DNA from: a virus
Reading direction: 5' to 3' (one strand)
UHGV virus genome: UHGV-0861165
Length of the DNA stretch: 11,523 bases
In this document: one piece after another, positions 5,405 through 11,523 of the stretch
Numbering within the stretch: the first letter of the stretch is position 1
Layout: each line of letters starts with the position of its first letter
The notes under the pieces: model-generated
Database searches by the model: none
What the model was told of the DNA's origin: nothing
Seen by the model: the letters and a program-made list of their open reading frames with translations, nothing else
Made by a program: the position numbers and the translations under genes

Positions 5405-8068
5405 ATGACCAGAAACGTCGAGAGCATCTTTGGAGCGGTCGTAACAGCTCCGCACCAGATTCCATACACTTACACAGCAACGGGCGGAGAGAAGTTTATC
5501 TCCCTCCCTTTCTACCCTGTCACTGGTATAGTCACAATCAACGGTGGTATGCAAGTTCCGTTAGACAACTTTGAAATCGATGGAAATACGTTGAATCTCG
5601 GGTGTGCATTATCCAAAGGTGACGTTGTGTTCTGTCTGTTTGATAAGATTCTGTCTCCAGAAGATTATAAAACTGGGATTCGAATCTATAAGTTTCAGGC
5701 TATAGGAGGTGAAACCGAGTTCACTCCTGATTACACATCCTATGGAGTCCAATCTCTTTATATCGGTGGTGAGTACAAAACACCCGAAATTGAATATTCC
5801 TATGACAGCACGACAGGGAAAGTGACTTTACAAACTGCGCTGACTGCAGGCGTTTGGGTAGTCGCTGAAATGTCTGTTAAACAACCGAATATCAGTCCGT
5901 TGTTTGACCGAAGTATTCAAGAAATCGCCCGTTCAGCTAATGTAAAAGATTCTGAGGTAATTCTTAATACGGATACATCTCAAGTACTCAATAACAAGAA
6001 AGTTATCTTCGATGCAGCTGCTCAGAAAATTTATGGCCTGCCTTCATTACCGACCAATGTCTATATTAGTTCTGTGTCTAATGGTCAGTTAACCTACAGT
6101 CCAGGTAACATTACCGTAGATTTGATGGAAGTTCCTAATTCTGGTGCTAGTCTCAGAGAAGACCTGAGTAAGCCTGATGGTAGCAAGCTCATTGGTTCAT
6201 GCCCCAATATTGCAGTACTGCGAACAATTGAGCCTACCTATGCTGAACAACGCATTTACGTAGAAGCACATACTGAAGGTATGATTGCAACCAATGCAGG
6301 TGATTTAGGTGGCGGGTATTTTGTATATAAACCATCTGTTACATCAGCAGATGACAATGGTATGACTATTGTTACTGCATCCGGCAAGCGTTGGGTACGT
6401 GATTTACGTGGTAGCACCGAAGTTACCCCATCTATGTTTGGTGCGTGGATGGATGCTCCTTATATTGATGGGAGCACTATTCAGGGTACACCTTATCCTA
6501 AAGCACCAAGTATGGGGGCTGCTGACCTGTCTGGTGTGCACAATGATGGGGATGCTTTGCTGGCAACCTACACATATGCTGTAGCTAATGGGTTGAATAT
6601 CAAAATTACTCAACCGATGTACATTGGTGATACACAGATTGATATTAGCAATCAGCGTTGGACTGGTAGATCTCTATCCATTACGGGTCTTGGTCAGAGA
6701 CAAAGTATTATTTATACATCAGGTAAGGGTGGATTCATCTCTACCAGATGGGGACACAATATTACCGTTGGTCGCCTCTCTTTCCGTAATGCTGATTCTG
6801 ATTACGTAGGTAGTCCTCTTGTTATCAGTTCATTCGACTTAAGTAATGGCATCGGTGGTGGTGGTAAAACATTCAATATTCACGATGTGGACTTTTACCA
6901 CTATAAGTTCGCTTTGCCTATGGCTTGCTTTGTCAGTGTTATGACCAATTTGTATGCATATGACTGTACCTATGGTTTTGGTATCAATGGAAGCACTAGT
7001 ACGGATATGTCATCTATTTGGGCACACCATTGTGACATTGGCTTTTTATGGGGAGCTGCCATTAATCGTACTACATACGAGCCAGCCAATAATGAAACAC
7101 CTGTTATGTATGTTGCTACCAGCAACATTGCAGCAGATGGTTGCATTTTACCTCATAAATTTTATGGAGATATTCGTAGCCTTTCCTTCTCTGGCTTTGG
7201 TATTGAAGGGATAAATGGTCCAGTGGCATTAGACTTCTCACAGTTAGCCTCCCCTGCTGCACAAACAACAATCGTATTCAGAGATGTTTCTTGTTGGATT
7301 CAGTCTAAAATGAATACTGGTGTAACTCATTTTATTGAGTTGCCTGCTAATGAGTACCAGGCTGGTAGGATTATTTTTGACAGTGGTTACGTTAACTCTG
7401 ACTATGCTATCAAATTGATGGAGAATACCACTTCTCCAAGTAACCAGTATATTGGGCGTAGTGTTACATTAAATAGTAATTTTGAATTTTTAAAAGTTAG
7501 CGATGGTTCCTACACAATATCTACATATAACCGTGGTAACCTTTACCGGGGCAGGGTATATGGAGAAGATATTGTACAAGGTCGTAACTCGTACACGGGT
7601 ACTACTTTGTCAGCAATCCATTCTAATAGTAATTCCTTCTTCAGAAGTGTTGACCATAAGGAAGCTACTGTACTGGTTCCATGGAACAGGGCTTTAGATA
7701 TATTCCTTTGTGCTGTAGGGGAAGAGACTAAAATTCCGGATGGTTGCTTCGTTGCTGGGCGTGCAGATATCATTCCAGTTAACAAAAATGGTTTGGCTGG
7801 TACTGAATCAGGGGGCAGTATTCTGTTTGGGCTATCCGGTAGCACACAGGAAAATGTAGCCTCTGGTGCAGTCTGGTCTAATATGATTGCTGGTGATAAA
7901 TCTCTTTCCGGGGTAACAGTAACTAAACTGGTACGTGATGGTAAAACATTTGTTAGAATCGCATTGCCTACGGCAAGCCTAACAAATGCAATCGTTCACC
8001 TTTCTGTAACCTACTGTGGTTTTGCACATTACTACGATAAGCGTTGGGAAATAAAACCCTTAAGCTAA
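5405..8068 (+). CDS. Tail spike protein, long form (887 aa from ATG 5405; 892 aa if the in-frame ATG at 5390 is used): N-terminal tandem small beta-domains, docking motif, neck motif, beta-helix depolymerase-type domain
   Basis: Uninterrupted frame to TAA 8066-8068. Start ambiguity: the ATG at 5390 has no SD and sits in the 3' arm of an inverted repeat, whereas the ATG at 5405 has a leader that parallels the ORF5 leader. The protein is paralogous to ORF1 in the docking motif (QEIARSANVKDSEVIL...QKIYGLPSLP) and the neck motif (GGGYFVYKPSVTSADDNGMTIVTASGKRWVRD). Confidence 0.85.
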   Translation: MTRNVESIFGAVVTAPHQIPYTYTATGGEKFISLPFYPVTGIVTINGGMQVPLDNFEIDGNTLNLGCALSKGDVVFCLFDKILSPEDYKTGIRIYKFQAIGGETEFTPDYTSYGVQSLYIGGEYKTPEIEYSYDSTTGKVTLQTALTAGVWVVAEMSVKQPNISPLFDRSIQEIARSANVKDSEVILNTDTSQVLNNKKVIFDAAAQKIYGLPSLPTNVYISSVSNGQLTYSPGNITVDLMEVPNSGASLREDLSKPDGSKLIGSCPNIAVLRTIEPTYAEQRIYVEAHTEGMIATNAGDLGGGYFVYKPSVTSADDNGMTIVTASGKRWVRDLRGSTEVTPSMFGAWMDAPYIDGSTIQGTPYPKAPSMGAADLSGVHNDGDALLATYTYAVANGLNIKITQPMYIGDTQIDISNQRWTGRSLSITGLGQRQSIIYTSGKGGFISTRWGHNITVGRLSFRNADSDYVGSPLVISSFDLSNGIGGGGKTFNIHDVDFYHYKFALPMACFVSVMTNLYAYDCTYGFGINGSTSTDMSSIWAHHCDIGFLWGAAINRTTYEPANNETPVMYVATSNIAADGCILPHKFYGDIRSLSFSGFGIEGINGPVALDFSQLASPAAQTTIVFRDVSCWIQSKMNTGVTHFIELPANEYQAGRIIFDSGYVNSDYAIKLMENTTSPSNQYIGRSVTLNSNFEFLKVSDGSYTISTYNRGNLYRGRVYGEDIVQGRNSYTGTTLSAIHSNSNSFFRSVDHKEATVLVPWNRALDIFLCAVGEETKIPDGCFVAGRADIIPVNKNGLAGTESGGSILFGLSGSTQENVASGAVWSNMIAGDKSLSGVTVTKLVRDGKTFVRIALPTASLTNAIVHLSVTYCGFAHYYDKRWEIKPLS

Positions 8069-8078
8069 TTAACTACCC

Positions 8079-8102
8079 CCACCCCCTTTATGGGGGTGGT
8101 TT
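8079..8102 (+). terminator. Terminator-like hairpin CCACCCCC-TTTAT-GGGGGTGG followed by TTT
   Basis: Perfect 8-bp inverted repeat (8079-8086 / 8092-8099) with a 5-nt loop and a TTT 3' tail, 10 nt after the ORF3 stop. Confidence 0.6.
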
Positions 8103-8209
8103 ACTAGAAAAACAAAGAGGTTTATATGAACGAAATGTTCTCACAAGGTGGTAAAGGCTCCACTGGTATTCTTACCAATAAGCAAGCCATTGCCCGTAAG
8201 TTTGGTGTT
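8103..8209 (+). repeat. Junction cassette copy B (see 2776-2880)
   Basis: Nucleotide-level similarity to copy A spans the leader, RBS, ATG (8126) and the first ~80 nt of coding sequence. Confidence 0.7.
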
Positions 8210-10297
8210 AAGCAATCTGAGGTTGTTTATGCCAAATCAGGACAGTCCTTGTCTGGTTATAAAGTAATCTACGATAAGGTCACTCAGCGCTCCTATGCAC
8301 TGCCTTCTAACCTGCCTGCTGGCGCTACCATCACCAGCCTGACAGACGGCATTCTCGTACACAATACGGGCACCGTAGACCTGGGTGCTCTGGCTGTACT
8401 GCGCGGGGAGTTCGTTACTCTGGTCGAAAACTTTACGTCTGGATTTACGATTCGTGTCAAAAACGAAGTTGTAAGTGATGGGGTAAATTTGTATCGCTGG
8501 GGTGGTAGTTTACCAAAGACCGTTAATTCTGGTGAAACTTTAGAAAGCACTGGGGGTATGAATACGAATGCGTGGATTGGCGTTGTATCGCTTAATAACT
8601 CATTTTTGAGTGTAAATGCTCTAAGGGCGTCAGAAAACTTAAATAAAAATATACCATTGTTTCTTTCAAGTTATTATGAAGGTATTGATGGCGGCGGCGG
8701 GTCTTTCTACGTAGATACCAACGACACTACGTCATCAGATAACAATGGTACAGTATTTGTTAACGCCTCTGGCCAGCGCATAAAACGTATTTCAGATGGT
8801 GTATGTCGTTGGTCAGACTTCGGAATTCTTCCAGGCATGCCGGTAGCGCCTACAAAATCGCAGTGTGAAGCCGTTTGGTCGTGGGGGTTTGCAAATGGGT
8901 GTACTCGTTATGAAACCTTCCAGAAAGGGGAGATGACGTTCACCTTCCCCCTGTTGTTCCAAGTTCCGGCTAACTGGACAGGTGGTGCTGTTAGCTTCAT
9001 TGCAGAAGGGTTGCATAAATTTGCTTATGATTTCAAAAATGGCGCTACAGATGATGTGATTGAGATCCTCCTTAAACTGGAAGATCTGTCAGGTAATACA
9101 CCCATCCATACTGTTTATAATTTTGATAACGTTGGGATGGGACGGTTCCCCGGGAAAAACATCCGATATACCGCACTGCGACACACGAGCGCAAAAAACT
9201 CAATGATCAAGGTTACTGGGAAGAACAACTACGGATATGCCTTGTTCATAGGCGGTAGTGATAACAGCATCGTGTACAATTCAACGTTTTATAACTGCGA
9301 TGGCCAGTTGCTTGTAAATTCTCCAGCAGGCGGTTACGACAGCTTTGGTGATGCAATTTATGTTGGCGCTAAAAATGTGTCTATCCAGAGTCCTGTAATT
9401 GAAACAACACAGGGTGGTAGAGCCGGTATCGTATTTGAAGGGACATGGGTTGAACGTGTTGGTGGTGAGGTAACAAACTGCTTTATTAAGGGATATGACC
9501 GTGGTATTCACATAGAGACTGTAGGTTTCAGGATGGATGCAATTAATATTACTGGAGGCAGGATACAAGATTGCAATACCAGCGTATTGGCATTCAATGG
9601 TGTAACTGATGATATGGGTAGTGATATGTCTGTTATCATCAAGGGGTTAACGTCAAGGCTTGATAGCACAATTTCAGGCCACGCCAATCCGTCTGGTTTT
9701 AGCCTGGGACACCTTATGGTATCTGGAGTTAACACACAAGTAACAACGGAAGGGTGCTCATGGCAGACTCACCAGAACAACATCACCGTTGTGGGTAATG
9801 GGAAATGGGTGAGCAATGGTGACCGCATGTTTGTTAACTCTGGTGGCATCAACCTGCCGTACACTCGTGGGTGCGAGATAAACAATCTGTACGCACCACA
9901 GAACAGAAACGCGTTAAAATCCGCAGGTAATTTAGTCTTTACAAACTCTTATTGGGGAGGGGACATTAACATAACCGGGGGCAATAAAACAATTATTGAT
10001 AACGTCGAGATGTCAAGACAAGGAGGATATGCAAACTGTGGTCGTATCAGTCTGGTTGGCTCCAATAGTGCGATATTGCGTAATATTATATTCCAGTATC
10101 CAGACTCATGGGCAATAGATAATACTCAAACTTGGCAGGTCCCCGTGTGTCCTATCATAGAAAACATCCACGTAAATAGCGTAGAAACAGGAACTGCAAC
10201 ATTACAAAGAAACGCAGAAAGTGGGGCTAATAATCGGTACAGAAGGTCTATTCCTTCATATATATCAAACGGAAGTACATGGACGATAATTAGTTAA
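8126..10297 (+). CDS. Tail spike protein, short form (723 aa): shared N-terminal anchor module, neck motif, right-handed beta-helix (pectate-lyase-like) depolymerase-type domain
   Basis: ATG at 8126 preceded by GAGG (8117-8120); uninterrupted 2172-nt ORF. The N-terminal ~150 aa are homologous to ORF2. Typical beta-helix repeats are visible (GGSDNSIVYNSTFYNCDGQLLVNS, AIYVGAKNVSIQSPVIETTQGGRAGIVFEG, TNCFIKGYDRGIHIET). Confidence 0.88.
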   Translation: MNEMFSQGGKGSTGILTNKQAIARKFGVKQSEVVYAKSGQSLSGYKVIYDKVTQRSYALPSNLPAGATITSLTDGILVHNTGTVDLGALAVLRGEFVTLVENFTSGFTIRVKNEVVSDGVNLYRWGGSLPKTVNSGETLESTGGMNTNAWIGVVSLNNSFLSVNALRASENLNKNIPLFLSSYYEGIDGGGGSFYVDTNDTTSSDNNGTVFVNASGQRIKRISDGVCRWSDFGILPGMPVAPTKSQCEAVWSWGFANGCTRYETFQKGEMTFTFPLLFQVPANWTGGAVSFIAEGLHKFAYDFKNGATDDVIEILLKLEDLSGNTPIHTVYNFDNVGMGRFPGKNIRYTALRHTSAKNSMIKVTGKNNYGYALFIGGSDNSIVYNSTFYNCDGQLLVNSPAGGYDSFGDAIYVGAKNVSIQSPVIETTQGGRAGIVFEGTWVERVGGEVTNCFIKGYDRGIHIETVGFRMDAINITGGRIQDCNTSVLAFNGVTDDMGSDMSVIIKGLTSRLDSTISGHANPSGFSLGHLMVSGVNTQVTTEGCSWQTHQNNITVVGNGKWVSNGDRMFVNSGGINLPYTRGCEINNLYAPQNRNALKSAGNLVFTNSYWGGDINITGGNKTIIDNVEMSRQGGYANCGRISLVGSNSAILRNIIFQYPDSWAIDNTQTWQVPVCPIIENIHVNSVETGTATLQRNAESGANNRYRRSIPSYISNGSTWTIIS

Positions 10298-10302
10298 CAA
10301 AG

Positions 10303-10330
10303 CCCCTCTTCGGAGGGGTTTCTTCTTTCT
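10303..10330 (+). terminator. Rho-independent-type terminator: CCCCTC-TTCG-GAGGGG hairpin followed by TTTCTTCTTTCT
   Basis: Perfect 6-bp GC stem with a TTCG tetraloop and a pyrimidine/T-rich tail, 5 nt after the ORF4 stop. The stem sequence is nearly the same as the hairpin at 2755-2775. Confidence 0.65.
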
Positions 10331-10339
10331 ATTCCTCGG

Positions 10340-10367
10340 TTGGTTGTATACTAAATATCTCTATAAT
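10340..10367 (+). promoter_or_regulatory. Candidate promoter upstream of ORF5: TTGGTT (weak -35) - 16 nt - TATAAT (consensus -10); overlaps the ACTAAATA motif at 10350-10357
   Basis: A perfect TATAAT hexamer at 10362-10367 lies ~24 nt upstream of ATG 10392, with RBS GGAG at 10381-10384. The -35 is poor (3/6). The alternative reading is a phage late-type promoter centred on ACTAAATA. Confidence 0.3.
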
Positions 10368-10391
10368 GGCACCTATCGATGGAGCATCAAA

Positions 10392-11523
10392 ATGCAAGAA
10401 ATGAACCTCAACCGCCGCCCATATTGGGATGACTGGAATCCAGAGAAGCGTTTTTCGCGCATCCTATTCCGTCCGGCACCTATCAAAGTTCAGACGCGTG
10501 AACTGAACCAGATGCAGACCATCTTCCAGGATCAACTGGAGAAACTTGGCAACCATCTGTTCAAAGACGGTTCAATGGTTATCCCCGGCGGCCTGACGAT
10601 CACCAACACTGCTGTGTCCATGAAGTTCACTCTGGCTGGTGGTAGTGAGTTCACTGATCTGGAAGGTATCTCCGAACTCTATGTTCTGGGCAAGGACAAC
10701 AATGCGAAAGCACGCGTCCTGTCCTTGGAACGTTACCCAGCTGAGCCGGATACAATGTATGCCATCTTAGAGATGACTGAGAGTGGTAGTTCAGACGGTT
10801 TCGAAGCTGGCGACAATCTATACTTCAACACCTATGACGTGAACGATAACTTCATCCGTGTCGGCTATGGCGTGGCCGATACTGTTGGCGGTTCGATTGT
10901 CGCTCGCATGACAAAGGGTGTTTATTTCGTTCGTGGTATGTTCCTGGATGTTGAACCAACCACTTTGATCGTAGACAACGCATCGAACTCTACATCTCAC
11001 CGCATTGGCTTCAAAGTTACAGAAACAATCGTGACCGAAGCAGAAGATGAAAGTCTGTTCTCCAATGCTCAGGGTACTCCGAACTCTAAAGCCCCTGGTG
11101 CGCATCGCCTGCGCGTCGACCTCGTGTTGTCTCGCTACGGTTATGATGAAGAAGTGGCCGACTTCGTTGAACTGGCGAAGGTGAAAGACGGTCGCATTCA
11201 GTCCATGGTCACCCAGTCAACGTACAACATCCTCGAAGACGCCATGGCTCAGCGTACCTATGAGACCAATGGTGACTACAACGTCTCTACTCACCAGATC
11301 GACCTGCGTGAACATCTGAAAGAGAACAACAACGGCGGCGTTTACACTCCGGCTGAAGGTGGTGATGAAAGCAAATTCGTGGCGGTTATGAAGCCAGGCA
11401 TTTCCTACGTTCGTGGTCGTCGTATCGAAAACCTCGGCGAAGAGCTGGTCATAATTGACAAAGCCCGTGACACTGATATCCTGAACAACAACCCTGTGGC
11501 TGTTTCGACTGGCAACTATCTGG
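10392..11523 (+). CDS. Conserved phage structural protein of unknown function (possibly baseplate- or tail-associated), 3'-partial
   Basis: ATG at 10392 with a good RBS (GGAG, 7-nt spacer); the frame is open to the window end, so it is absent from the ORF track. It looks visibly GC-richer, with more host-like codon choice, than the spike genes, and it lacks beta-helix repeats and the spike N-terminal modules. The function is inferred only from its position next to the spike cluster. Confidence 0.75.
   Translation, partial: MQEMNLNRRPYWDDWNPEKRFSRILFRPAPIKVQTRELNQMQTIFQDQLEKLGNHLFKDGSMVIPGGLTITNTAVSMKFTLAGGSEFTDLEGISELYVLGKDNNAKARVLSLERYPAEPDTMYAILEMTESGSSDGFEAGDNLYFNTYDVNDNFIRVGYGVADTVGGSIVARMTKGVYFVRGMFLDVEPTTLIVDNASNSTSHRIGFKVTETIVTEAEDESLFSNAQGTPNSKAPGAHRLRVDLVLSRYGYDEEVADFVELAKVKDGRIQSMVTQSTYNILEDAMAQRTYETNGDYNVSTHQIDLREHLKENNNGGVYTPAEGGDESKFVAVMKPGISYVRGRRIENLGEELVIIDKARDTDILNNNPVAVSTGNYL

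Noticed and set aside
8071-8100. G-run/C-run tracts as G-quadruplex-forming elements
   Set aside because: The runs are arranged as perfect inverted repeats immediately after stop codons, which is explained more simply by hairpin terminator-like structures.
1460-9735. Numerous 60-100 aa ORFs on both strands inside the spike genes (e.g. 1627-1821 -, 3486-3749 -, 4783-5076 -, 7543-7845 -, 9281-9568 -)
   Set aside because: All are nested within the long, well-supported + strand genes. None has a convincing RBS or recognisable protein features. Their lengths are what out-of-frame reading of long genes is expected to produce.
10818-11105. 95-aa antisense ORF inside ORF5
   Set aside because: It overlaps the strongly supported + strand ORF5 and has no start context. 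It is probably spurious.
1-11523. Defence system, toxin-antitoxin pair, CRISPR array, tRNA or mobile element
   Set aside because: There are no direct-repeat/spacer arrays, no tRNA-like structures, no transposase or integrase-like ORFs and no small paired ORFs. The whole window is accounted for by five large structural genes and short intergenic hairpins.

Overview
The whole window is one + strand block of a tailed-phage structural module. It holds four consecutive large genes for depolymerase-type tail spike proteins, then the start of a fifth, GC-richer structural gene of unknown function. The spikes alternate between a long form (ORF1, 5'-truncated by the window edge, and ORF3) and a short form (ORF2 and ORF4) that share a ~155-aa N-terminal module. 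The long forms carry an N-terminal region of tandem small beta-domains that I believe, from memory, resembles T4 gp10. Each gene is followed by a C-rich/G-rich hairpin, and the two long-to-short junctions carry a near-identical cassette. From recollection only, the layout resembles the branched four-tailspike receptor-binding complex of Ackermannviridae (CBA120/Vi1-like, TSP1-4); this needs a homology search. I found no rRNA, tRNA, CRISPR array, transposase, integrase or recognisable defence or toxin system, so I do not see an undescribed system beyond this module. The likeliest novelty is in the divergent C-terminal receptor-binding domains and in how the shared modules and junction cassettes allow spike swapping.
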